Assembly: GCA_028688325.1 (NCBI GenBank)
Contig: JAQTYI010000002.1
Coordinates: 9,395 to 73,394, forward strand
Source of the DNA: Candidatus Portnoybacteria bacterium
GTDB taxonomy: Bacteria; Patescibacteriota; Minisyncoccia; Portnoybacterales; GWB1-42-6
Direction: 5' to 3'
Length of the DNA stretch: 64,000 nt
Shown: positions 49,395 to 58,501 of the stretch, piece by piece
Position numbering within the stretch: the stretch's first letter is position 1
Layout of the letters: every line of letters starts with the position of its first letter
Made by a program: the position numbers and the translations under genes
Notes under the pieces: model-generated
What the model saw: only the letters and a program-made list of their open reading frames with translations
Told to the model about the DNA's origin: nothing
Databases searched by the model: none

Positions 49395-49952
49395 CTATAT
49401 AGTCATGATCTCTTTCTCTTTTCCCCCGCCCATCTCTTCAATCTTCTTGTTATATTCATCTATCATTTTCTGCAATTCTTCCTTGCCGCGGAATTTATCA
49501 TCCTCGCGGATCGCTCCGGCGCGCTCTCCGTCCTGCAGTTCTTTCCAGACCTTCTCGCGGGCGTTGCGCACTGCCTGCTTGGCGGTCTCCATTTTTTGCT
49601 TCAGATTGCGCACCAATTCCTTGCGTGTCTCTTCGGTCAGCTGAGGAATAGCCACTCTGATGATATCGCCGGTACTGGAAACGGAAAGCCCCGAGCGGGA
49701 ACCGCTGATGGCTTTTTCAATCTCTTTGTTGATAGTCTTATCCCATGGCTGAACCGTCAAAAGGCGCGGCTCGGGCGCGTTGATAACTGCCAATTCGCGC
49801 AATTGCGAACGGCTGCCGTAGCATTCAACTTCCACCGTCTCAATTAAAGCCGGTGTGGCTCGGCCCGTGCGCAAAGTGCCCATTTCTTCCTTGAAATGGA
49901 CCATTGTTTTTTCGAGTTCCGGTTTTATTCTGTTGATGATTTCTTTATACAT
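49395..49952 (-). CDS. frr: Ribosome recycling factor
   Basis: LRTGRA, QPWD and PQLTEETRK motifs. Start moved to ATG 49952. Confidence 0.95.
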   Translation of the reverse strand: MYKEIINRIKPELEKTMVHFKEEMGTLRTGRATPALIETVEVECYGSRSQLRELAVINAPEPRLLTVQPWDKTINKEIEKAISGSRSGLSVSSTGDIIRVAIPQLTEETRKELVRNLKQKMETAKQAVRNAREKVWKELQDGERAGAIREDDKFRGKEELQKMIDEYNKKIEEMGGGKEKEIMTI

Positions 49953-50712
49953 TTTTTGCTTTTGAGACATATTCAATTATTTTATCCCAATCCAAATTGC
50001 TTTTTGAATAAAATAATTCGACTATATCTTCTGTCATCTCGTTTATTTTTTTAATATATAAATCCTTAAATGTCTCGTCTCGTTTTTTTGCCTCTTTATC
50101 AAGAGGTTGAACTATTTTTTTATATAATTCGTTATCGCCAGAAATTAACTCCCAAAATTTTTGACCGCAAATTTTATAATAACTAAGGGCAGGATCTTTA
50201 CTAACCTTATGAGGACTGTTGTCCCTTCCATACATACATCCATTAACGGCAATAATTGTTTTTTTGTCTGCGCCCACACGAATCTCTTTTTTTGCTAATT
50301 TAAAATTTCTTCTCATTATATTAACTTGGTCGCTATTGCCCCAATTTGGCCCAGATTTAATACCAACAATATAAAATTTATTTTCTCTTTCAAAAATTAA
50401 ATCAATACTTTTATATTTTCCTTCTTCTGCTTTTTTACCATTAAATATCTGGCGGCAAATATGGATCGCAAGATTTTCCATAAGGTCTCCGAATATGGTT
50501 TCTTCCTGAGATGACAAAAAGGCATCCAGAATAGCTTTTGCCAAATCACCCGCGGTCTCAATATTTTTTGCTTTAAAAAGATAGGGATTTTTTCTCGCAA
50601 ATATACTTGATAAATTAGCTGATTCCAGACGATCTAGCCTGATTTTATAAAATGGCCGTATAATATCAAGGGCAATAAAAGAATTTAATTTATTGTAATC
50701 AATTTTTTTCAT
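49945..50712 (-). CDS. Type II restriction endonuclease (PmeII-like)
   Basis: RKNPYLF, SSQEETIFG and ID...IKSGPNWGN motifs; coupled to a methyltransferase. Confidence 0.8.
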   Translation of the reverse strand: MKKIDYNKLNSFIALDIIRPFYKIRLDRLESANLSSIFARKNPYLFKAKNIETAGDLAKAILDAFLSSQEETIFGDLMENLAIHICRQIFNGKKAEEGKYKSIDLIFERENKFYIVGIKSGPNWGNSDQVNIMRRNFKLAKKEIRVGADKKTIIAVNGCMYGRDNSPHKVSKDPALSYYKICGQKFWELISGDNELYKKIVQPLDKEAKKRDETFKDLYIKKINEMTEDIVELFYSKSNLDWDKIIEYVSKAKNV

Positions 50713-51590
50713 AATTTATTTCTGTTTAATTCATTAAGGTTTTGAATTGCAAGATTATAATATTCCTCTTTAATTTCAATCCCGATTGAATTGCGGTCTA
50801 ATTGAAAAGCGGCAACTGATGTTGTGCCAGAGCCCAAAAAAGGGTCCAATACTGTATCACCCGGTTTAGTAAATAGTTTAATAAACCAGGATGGGAGTTC
50901 TCTTGGAAATACTGCGCTATGCTCTTTATTTGATGTTTCGGTAGCCATAGTTAAAACATTTGTAGGATATGCCATATCTCTGCCTACCCATTTTGAAACA
51001 TTTTTACCAAAACCGCTTCCCACCCTTGAATTATCTCGTTTTTTATCTGTCTCGCTAAGATTTTTAAGCCGAGTTTTAGCCCAGTCGCCCATAGGAACCA
51101 TCACTCCGTCTTGATACATGTTAAAATCTTTTTGTTTATTAAATTGCAATAAACGCTCCCAGGCATCACGAAATCTATTTGGCCACTTTCCTGGAAAACA
51201 ATTTTTTTTATGCCATATAAATTCTTCCGTCCAAAGCCAACCTTGCTTCCTCATTTCCATTATCAATTCCATTACATATGTATGCCTTTCGCTTTCAACA
51301 ACTTTTTCCTTAATATTTAAAATAAAAGTCCCCTTTGGGCTTAAAACGCGTAAAAATTCCTCTGTTTTTGGTAGAAACCATTTTACATAATCATCAGGAT
51401 TGATACCCCCGTAGGTGCCTTTTCTTTGGTCGGCATACGGTGGAGATGTAATTATTAAATCAATACTACCGTCAGAAAAACTTTTCAATGTTTTATAACA
51501 ATCACCAAGCACTATATCAGCCCTAATTTTTTCTTTAAGGTTTTGGGTAAATAAATTTAATTTTTCTACGGTTTTAATTGTCATAGTCAT
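50709..51590 (-). CDS. DNA methyltransferase (beta class, probably N4-cytosine)
   Basis: TSPPY precedes DPFLGSGTT. Confidence 0.9.
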   Translation of the reverse strand: MTMTIKTVEKLNLFTQNLKEKIRADIVLGDCYKTLKSFSDGSIDLIITSPPYADQRKGTYGGINPDDYVKWFLPKTEEFLRVLSPKGTFILNIKEKVVESERHTYVMELIMEMRKQGWLWTEEFIWHKKNCFPGKWPNRFRDAWERLLQFNKQKDFNMYQDGVMVPMGDWAKTRLKNLSETDKKRDNSRVGSGFGKNVSKWVGRDMAYPTNVLTMATETSNKEHSAVFPRELPSWFIKLFTKPGDTVLDPFLGSGTTSVAAFQLDRNSIGIEIKEEYYNLAIQNLNELNRNKL

Positions 51591-51610
51591 TTCCTTAATC
51601 AAACAAAAAC

Positions 51611-52702
51611 CTATTCTCCCAATCCCGCGTAGATCACTTGGGGATTTTGCGGGTCGATGGCGATAGCGTTAACCGTTTTGACGCTGTTTATGGGATGCAG
51701 CGTCCAGGTCTGGCCGTTATCCTGCGTGCGGTAAACAACATTGCCGGCCGCGTAATACAAGAAAAAAGAAGTAACCGGATCCAGCGCTATGGCGCTCACT
51801 GAAACGGAGGAAGGCGGTATCGCGATATTAACCCTCTGCCACGATTGTCCGGTGTCGGTGCTTTTTAAAAGCCCCGATTTTGAGCCGACATACAAAACTT
51901 CGGGGTTTTTATTATCCATAACCAAAACTTGCATTTCTTGCATTTCGCCGGGAAAATTTTTCAAGTTCTCCAGCGCCTGCCAAGTATTTCCCTTGTCATT
52001 AGTTTTATAAACGCCTTTATCGTAAGTGCTGACAAAAACGGTCCGGGTATCGTGGGGATTGACCTTGATGTCGGTTATGACATCGTCAAACCATTTAATA
52101 ACTTTCCAGCTTTTGCCGTAATCGGTGCTCTTTAAAAATCCGCCTTCGGCCGTGCCCATATAAACGACCGACGGGTCGTAGGAATCGATTTCCACCGCGA
52201 AGACCGCGTATTGTTCGCGGGACACTCGATAAACCTCCTGCCAACTTTTGCCCGCGTCGCCCGATCTTAGCAAGCGGCCAAGTTTGTTTTGATAAATGCC
52301 GGCATACAGGATATTTGTGTCCCTTGGATCAATGGCTATATCATAAACATTGGCCCGCTTATCAAACACCGAATTCATGTCATCCAGATGATACCAGATA
52401 TCTCCGCCGTCGCTTGATTTATAAATTCCCTCTCCCCTGGTACCGGCATAAACGATATTTGGGGTTCTGGGATCCAGCGTGATGAACGAAATGTTGGAAG
52501 CGGAAATATTCTGGTTTTTGGAAATAGTTGTTTTTTGCTCCCAGGTTTCGCCCCTGTTAAGCGAGCGCCAAACCCCGCCGTCCCGCGCCGTTGAGCAATC
52601 AAAAGGAAAAGCCGCCAGAATGCCGGTGAAGAAGACAGGAAGAATCATAACAAATAAAGTATTTTTTAATTTTGGCATCTTCTTTAAATTATCGTTTACC
52701 AC
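51611..52702 (-). CDS. BNR/Asp-box beta-propeller protein (YCF48/sortilin-like)
   Basis: Repeated SxDxGxxW motifs. Confidence 0.85.
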   Translation of the reverse strand: MVNDNLKKMPKLKNTLFVMILPVFFTGILAAFPFDCSTARDGGVWRSLNRGETWEQKTTISKNQNISASNISFITLDPRTPNIVYAGTRGEGIYKSSDGGDIWYHLDDMNSVFDKRANVYDIAIDPRDTNILYAGIYQNKLGRLLRSGDAGKSWQEVYRVSREQYAVFAVEIDSYDPSVVYMGTAEGGFLKSTDYGKSWKVIKWFDDVITDIKVNPHDTRTVFVSTYDKGVYKTNDKGNTWQALENLKNFPGEMQEMQVLVMDNKNPEVLYVGSKSGLLKSTDTGQSWQRVNIAIPPSSVSVSAIALDPVTSFFLYYAAGNVVYRTQDNGQTWTLHPINSVKTVNAIAIDPQNPQVIYAGLGE

Positions 52703-52720
52703 AGTCCTTGATTATAGCTG

Positions 52721-53083
52721 TTAGCTGTTAGGAAATTCTAACTTTTTAATTATCGTTGACAGCATTTTTTGAACCTCATCAAATAAAATATCGGCTCTTG
52801 AAAAATCTAATTTTATGAATAAATCTTTAGCTATAATAATTTGTGTTTCCAGCTCTGCCACAGAACCGTCTGTTATTCTTAAAAATTGCACAAAATCTTT
52901 TTTTGTTTTTCTCTTCTTACCTTCTGCTATGTTTGACGGGATAGAAACGGCTGCTCGCCTCATCTGACTTGTTAAACCATATAACTCTGAACTGGGAAAA
53001 AGCCCGGTAATTTTATAGGTTTCTTTTACTAATCCTATCGCTTTCTGCCAAACTATCAGTTGTTTAAACGATTCGATATACAT
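52721..53083 (-). CDS. Four-helix-bundle protein (S23/23S rRNA IVP family)
   Basis: SFKQLIVWQKA and ELYGLTSQMRRAAVSIPSNIAEG. Confidence 0.92.
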   Translation of the reverse strand: MYIESFKQLIVWQKAIGLVKETYKITGLFPSSELYGLTSQMRRAAVSIPSNIAEGKKRKTKKDFVQFLRITDGSVAELETQIIIAKDLFIKLDFSRADILFDEVQKMLSTIIKKLEFPNS

Positions 53084-53118
53084 AACTAAAAGCTAACAGC
53101 TATCAGCTAAAAGCTCCC

Positions 53119-54108
53119 CTAAATTTTCGTCATTAAAACCTCCAGCGCCAGCCGCGCGTTAAAGCTCGGATTGTGCAAAATCGACTGGGTTTTTTGTATC
53201 TCGCGGCATATGCTAAGCAAATTGCCCGGGTGATATCCGCCTGCGGAAGTTCCACTCGTCCGACCGCTAACAGCCAGATCGGCGCAACCGCTGATTTCTA
53301 AAATTCTGTCCCTGAGACACAACACCCACTGATCCAGCGTTTCCCGCGCTTCAACGGTATTCTGTGCTAACTTTGCGGCCTGTTCCAAGCGCCAAACCAA
53401 CGGCGCTTTCAATATTTTTTCAAAAATTTCTATACTCCTTTCCTGCTCCGCCAGGCGTTCCGGCTCCCGTAATAATTGGATGGCGAGTCCCGGCCTGCCG
53501 GCGGATAATTTTATAGCCCGCTTGAAATCCGCTTCTTTTTTTGACAGACCTCCGAGCTTGGCCGACATTTCAATTTCGGGCACCGGCAAAAATTTTATCA
53601 GTTGGCAGCGCGAAACGATTGTCGGCAAGGCCGCCTGCCAAGATGAGCTTATCAAAATTATCAAACTGCGCGGGCTCGGCTCTTCCAGCGTCTTTAATAA
53701 AGCATTCGTTGCCTCGCCGCTTAAAGCCGCCGCCTCTTCGATTATGGCAATTTTATGCGAAGCGCCGTAAGCGGATAAACTTAACTTATGCTGCAAGGCG
53801 CGAATTTCGGCAATGCCGATTTCCTTATTTTTTAAAATATCATCTTTATCCGTTTGCTTGGCCGACAAAATAAGCATATCCGGATTTTGACCGCGCTCAA
53901 CCGACAAACACGATTTGCATTTGCCACAAGGTTCGGTAGGGCTTGTCCTGAGCTTTGTCGAAGGACAAAAAAGCCACTTAGCAAATTCCAGCGCGGTTGT
54001 TAGCTTGCCGACCTGCGCCGAGCCGACGAAAAAATAAGCATGCGCCAATCTATCCTGCTTGGCGGATCCGGTCAAAAAATCCCAAATTCGCTGATGGCCG
54101 ATAAGCAT
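53119..54108 (-). CDS. holB: DNA polymerase III subunit delta'
   Basis: AHAYFFVG..VGK, zinc module, NALLKTLEEP and TIVSRC motifs. Confidence 0.92.
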   Translation of the reverse strand: MLIGHQRIWDFLTGSAKQDRLAHAYFFVGSAQVGKLTTALEFAKWLFCPSTKLRTSPTEPCGKCKSCLSVERGQNPDMLILSAKQTDKDDILKNKEIGIAEIRALQHKLSLSAYGASHKIAIIEEAAALSGEATNALLKTLEEPSPRSLIILISSSWQAALPTIVSRCQLIKFLPVPEIEMSAKLGGLSKKEADFKRAIKLSAGRPGLAIQLLREPERLAEQERSIEIFEKILKAPLVWRLEQAAKLAQNTVEARETLDQWVLCLRDRILEISGCADLAVSGRTSGTSAGGYHPGNLLSICREIQKTQSILHNPSFNARLALEVLMTKI

Positions 54109-54162
54109 AAAATAAATTACAACAATCCGCCTCGCGTATACAGAGAATCTTCTTCAGATCAA

Positions 54163-54300
54163 AAGCGAGGGGGTATTTTCTGAAACGCTCAGTTTTGCGA
54201 GCGGGCACGGTTTCGCCTTTAGGCGAAGAGCGAACAAAACTGGCGAATAAAATTTCCTGGCTGGGGAAATTTTATGATTTCAGAAAATATTTCCGAGCTT
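54163..54300. repeat. Multi-stem repeat family B, copy 2
   Basis: Same blocks as 38983-39123; stem sequences differ but still pair. Confidence 0.8.
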
Positions 54301-54303
54301 ATT

Positions 54304-55422
54304 TTAATTATACCGCACCTTCTCAATAAACTCCATTATCTCCCGCCTGAACCTTTCCTCCGAGAATTTCTCCGCCCATTTACGAATAACCAAGGGGCTG
54401 TAATTTTTATAATTCTCACGCAAGCGGCGCACTCCGTCAGCCAGAACTTCCGGCGTTGCCTCATTAAAAAGCTCCCCGGTCATGGACGGCAAAACGGTTT
54501 CTTGCGCTCCGCCGGCGTTCAATGCCAGCACCGGCTTGCCATAACCCATGGCCTCAACCGGCGCGATGCCGAAATCATCTTCGCCCGGAAAAACAAAAGC
54601 ATAGCAATTCTTATAATATTCGGCTGTTTCTTTATCGCTGCGCCAGCCCAGAATACTGATATTCTCTTTAGCGATGCTTCGCAAATATTCTTCCTGCGGG
54701 CCCTCGCCGATTATCACCAAGGGCAAGCCGAGCTTATTGAACGCCTCAATAGCCACATCCACTTTTTTATACGGCGTGAGCTGAGAAACTATAAGAAAAT
54801 ATTCTTCGCCTTCTTCCACTGTCTCGTTTTTGGCAAGCAAAAATTCCGTGTCGGGCAGATATACGGGCGGATAGATGACTTTGGCCGTCTGGCGGTAGAA
54901 CTTCTGAATGCGCCCGGCCGTGGCCCGGGAGTTGGCAATAAAAGCGTCCACCCGTTGGCCTGCCGCCCTGTCCCATAAGCGTAAATAGCTTATGGCAAGT
55001 TTGGCAAAAAGTTGGCGCAGCCCGCCCACTTTTTGCTGACCCAGATATTCGTGGGAATAATCCCATAAAAACCGTGCGGGGTTATGGCAATAATTTATAT
55101 GGACCGTTTTGGGGCGGGTGATTACTCCTTTGGCAAAAGCCGAAGAAGAAGATATGACAAGGTCAAAGTCGCGCAGATCAAAGGTCTCGGGCGCCACCGG
55201 CAAAAAAGGCAGGAGATACTTGGGCCGCGACCTCAGCCATTTAGGAAATTTTTGCAAAAAAGAAACGCGCACGCGCCCGACCGGAAAATATCCGCCCATC
55301 TTGGCTTCATCGTATAAAAAAGTATAGATCGGCGCTTCAGGAAACATTTCCGCCAATTCCAAAAGCACCCTCTCCGCCCCTCCAAATCTTGTTAGATAAT
55401 CATGGACCAATGCTACCTTCAT
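54304..55422 (-). CDS. GT4 family glycosyltransferase
   Basis: MKVALVHDYL..GGAERV and EDDFGIAPVEAM. Start moved to ATG 55422. Confidence 0.92.
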   Translation of the reverse strand: MKVALVHDYLTRFGGAERVLLELAEMFPEAPIYTFLYDEAKMGGYFPVGRVRVSFLQKFPKWLRSRPKYLLPFLPVAPETFDLRDFDLVISSSSAFAKGVITRPKTVHINYCHNPARFLWDYSHEYLGQQKVGGLRQLFAKLAISYLRLWDRAAGQRVDAFIANSRATAGRIQKFYRQTAKVIYPPVYLPDTEFLLAKNETVEEGEEYFLIVSQLTPYKKVDVAIEAFNKLGLPLVIIGEGPQEEYLRSIAKENISILGWRSDKETAEYYKNCYAFVFPGEDDFGIAPVEAMGYGKPVLALNAGGAQETVLPSMTGELFNEATPEVLADGVRRLRENYKNYSPLVIRKWAEKFSEERFRREIMEFIEKVRYN

Positions 55423-55676
55423 TTCATTAAGTTTTGTATTACTATTCCGCGCATGCGAAAAATGACAATTTATTGTCATCCCGAACGAAGTGAGGAATCT
55501 CTGGCTAATGCCAGACCCGTTGCGCGGATCTCCGCCTGATGGCGGATCCCGCGAGATCCCTCGCTACGCTCGGGACGACACTTCGTGTCGATTTTATCGT
55601 CGCGCGGCGGTTTTTCTGGTTCTCTGGCGTCCACCCCGTAATTTATACGGGGCCCGGGCAAAAGAGAACGAAAATA

Positions 55677-56927
55677 TCAACTTATCAGTATCTTTAGCGT
55701 TTCCCTCGCGCATTTATCCCAGCTAAACCTCTTAACATTCTCATAACCCAATTGTATCAGTTTATCACGCAATGCCTTATCGTCAATTATCTGTTTGGCC
55801 GCCTCGGCGATTTGGGCGGGATTTTGGGGATTAACGAACAATGCCCCGCTGCCGGCAATTTCCGGCAAACAAGAACCATACGAAGTTATCACAGACACGC
55901 TCGCGGCCTGGGCTTCAAGCACGGGTAGTCCGAATCCTTCGTAAAAGGAAGGGAACAGAAAAACGGCCGCGTTAGAAAGTAATTGCCATTTTGCATCTTC
56001 AGATATATAACCAAGTTCGACTATTTTGTCATCCCGAACTTGTTTCGGGATCCCGCGAGATGCCGAAATAAATTCGGCATGGCAATTATTAAATTTCTCT
56101 ATCTCTTTTTTTAAATTTTTGTAACCATAGCCGGGCGCACCTGCCAAGACAAGTCGGTGCGGCGCGCCATATTCTTCTTTCAAAATCTTATACGCCTCCA
56201 AAATTCCTTGAATATTTTTTTTGGTTTCAATACGGCCGATATATAATAAATATGGTTCAAATAACTCCCCCTTACCCCCTCTTAATTTAAGAGGGGGTGG
56301 TTCTCCCTCCTTTTGCAAAGAAGGACTGGGGTGGTTTTCTCCTCCACTTAGATTAAGGGGAGGTTGGGAGGGGTTAGAAAAAGTCACTCCATGATGCACC
56401 ACGCTGATTTTCTCCGCTTCGCCGCCATATAATTTTACCAAGTCCCGCTTCGTGTTTTCCGATATCGCGATAATTTTTTTAGCGCGCTTGAACGCGTGTT
56501 TTGTACTCCAACGCAAATACATTCTGCGCCAAAACGAATAATACTGCGGGAAATGCTCATATTCCAAACCGTGCAGCGCCACTACGGAATTTGGCGGCGC
56601 GCCGAAGGGCAGAATATGAACGGGAATAAACAGCGTATCTGGTTTGTGCCGCCATACTTCCCAAGCCAACCGGATTTGCGTCCATAAAAACGGCAACGGC
56701 CAGCGCAGAATTTTTATTTCAAAATTAGGAGGCAATAGAAAATCGAAATATTTTTTATTCGTGTCATTCGCGCTAATTCGTGTATCGGTGTCGGGTAAAT
56801 ATAACAAAAACCGATGCTCGCGGGCCTCCGGAAGCATCGTTAAATGTTTTATCAGCTGATACGCATATTCTTCAACACCCGTGCGCGGCTGTTTTATCGC
56901 CGCCGCGGCATTAATGCCAATAATCAT
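55677..56927 (-). CDS. GT4 family glycosyltransferase with three in-frame repeat insertions
   Basis: TGVEEY, GRIETKKN and FPSFYEGFGLPVLEA motifs. Confidence 0.92.
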   Translation of the reverse strand: MIIGINAAAAIKQPRTGVEEYAYQLIKHLTMLPEAREHRFLLYLPDTDTRISANDTNKKYFDFLLPPNFEIKILRWPLPFLWTQIRLAWEVWRHKPDTLFIPVHILPFGAPPNSVVALHGLEYEHFPQYYSFWRRMYLRWSTKHAFKRAKKIIAISENTKRDLVKLYGGEAEKISVVHHGVTFSNPSQPPLNLSGGENHPSPSLQKEGEPPPLKLRGGKGELFEPYLLYIGRIETKKNIQGILEAYKILKEEYGAPHRLVLAGAPGYGYKNLKKEIEKFNNCHAEFISASRGIPKQVRDDKIVELGYISEDAKWQLLSNAAVFLFPSFYEGFGLPVLEAQAASVSVITSYGSCLPEIAGSGALFVNPQNPAQIAEAAKQIIDDKALRDKLIQLGYENVKRFSWDKCARETLKILIS

Positions 56928-57319
56928 AAAGAATTGAAATATAAATCACAAAATTCCTTAACTCTTTTTCTCTGCTCTTCTATGTGTGCGTTTTTATAAT
57001 TATATCCCTTCAATTCGTTCAATAGGTGTCGTCCAATTTCTTTTATAGTCGCTCCTTCTTTTTCTTTTCTCTCTTTTTTTGTATGAATGTCTTTGTGTCT
57101 AATATCTACTATTATATTCTGTCTTCTTTCTCGTAAATATTTTATTGCTTCTCCAACTTTAAAATCCGTTGACGATTTAAAACTCGCCCTGCAATAATCG
57201 CCAATTCTTCCCCATAAGCTGGAGCTTTCTCCTACATAAATAGGTATTTTCCTATTATCTTTCGCTGAATAAATAATATATACCGCGCTAATATCGTTAG
57301 GAAAATTAAATGTAAACAA
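56924..57319 (-). CDS. GIY-YIG-like protein (AT-rich; start uncertain)
   Basis: AVYIIY...IYVGES..LWGRI. Confidence 0.55.
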   Translation of the reverse strand: MFTFNFPNDISAVYIIYSAKDNRKIPIYVGESSSLWGRIGDYCRASFKSSTDFKVGEAIKYLRERRQNIIVDIRHKDIHTKKERKEKEGATIKEIGRHLLNELKGYNYKNAHIEEQRKRVKEFCDLYFNSL

Positions 57320-57334
57320 ATCTTTAAATTTTAT

Positions 57335-58348
57335 TTATTTTTTACTCATTATGCTCCTCTTGTAAACCTCCAAATGGTCCAGCGCCAAACCCGCGCCCTT
57401 GGCCACGCAAAGTTCTGGTTCATCGGCCCTGTAGCAGGGCACGCCAATCGCTTTTTCGATGAGTTCGGGCAAATTGCGTAACTTGGCGCTGCCGCCCGAC
57501 AATATCATTCCTCTGTCCATCACATCCGCGGAAAGTTCGGGCGGAGTATCTTGCAAGACCGCTTTCACCGTTTGGACAATTTCGCGCAGCTGCTCGGCGA
57601 TGGCCTCGGTTATTTCGTTGGTTTTTATTTCCACATTTTTGGGCAGGCCGGAAATCAGGTCGCGGCCGCGAACCTCAAAATATTGCTCTTCTTTGGGCGG
57701 CAAAGGCAGGGCCGAACCGATGGCGACTTTTATTTCTTCGGCTGTGCGCTCGCCGATGGCCAAGTTGTGTTTTTTCCTGACATATTCTGCAATGGCTTGG
57801 TCGATCTTGTTGCCGCCCACGCGCGCCGAAGCCCAGGCCACAATTCCGCCAAGAGAAATAACGGCCACTTCCGAAGTCCCCCCGCCGATATCAATTATCA
57901 TGTGGCCGGCCGGCTCATTGATGGGGATGCCCGCGCCGATGGCGGCCAGAACCGGTTCTTTCACGATATAGGCGGCCTTGGCGCCGGCATTCAGAGTAGC
58001 GTCAACGACCGCGCGCCGTTCCGTTGAGGTAATGCCCGCCGGAACTGCCACCATAACCTCGGGCCGGAATAAACGGAACGCGCCCGTGGTTTTATTGATG
58101 AAATAGCGCAGCATGGCCTCGGTCACCCGATAATCAGCTATCACGCCATCTTTCATGGGGCGCGATGCAACTATGGCTTCGGGGGTTCTCCCTAACATTT
58201 CTTTGGCTTCATTTCCCACCGCCAGTATCTTGTTGTCATCCAAAGATATCGCCACAACCGTGGGCTCGTTTATGACAACGCCTTTTCCCGGCACGAAAAC
58301 CAAAGTGTTGGCCGTGCCCAGGTCTATGCCGATTTTTTTAATAAACAT
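57335..58348 (-). CDS. mreB: Second MreB/Mbl-like actin homologue
   Basis: MFIKKIGIDLGTANT and DIGGGT. Start moved to ATG 58348. Confidence 0.93.
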   Translation of the reverse strand: MFIKKIGIDLGTANTLVFVPGKGVVINEPTVVAISLDDNKILAVGNEAKEMLGRTPEAIVASRPMKDGVIADYRVTEAMLRYFINKTTGAFRLFRPEVMVAVPAGITSTERRAVVDATLNAGAKAAYIVKEPVLAAIGAGIPINEPAGHMIIDIGGGTSEVAVISLGGIVAWASARVGGNKIDQAIAEYVRKKHNLAIGERTAEEIKVAIGSALPLPPKEEQYFEVRGRDLISGLPKNVEIKTNEITEAIAEQLREIVQTVKAVLQDTPPELSADVMDRGMILSGGSAKLRNLPELIEKAIGVPCYRADEPELCVAKGAGLALDHLEVYKRSIMSKK

Positions 58349-58501
58349 TTTTCTGTTAATTAAAACCAATTTATTCTTGCCATACAACATCGTCATACCG
58401 AACGAAGTGAGTGATCCCTCGCGAATGCGAGATTGTCCGCCCATTCGGGCGAGATTCCTCGCTCCGCTCGGAATGACACATCGTCGCGCGGCAAAAGTAT
58501 T

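Noticed and set aside
52721-53083. Second DGR around the four-helix-bundle gene, or extra VRs in the window
   Set aside because: No RT or TR-like repeat nearby, and no second VR found by eye; a BLAST with TR would be needed to exclude diverged ones.
47037-58348. Two mreB genes as a novelty
   Set aside because: Multiple MreB paralogues are common in monoderm bacteria and CPR; both copies look ordinary.
58349-58444. N-terminal extensions called on the second mreB (also rplM, frr and the GT at 55479)
   Set aside because: They come from upstream repeats or overlaps; homology begins at downstream ATGs.
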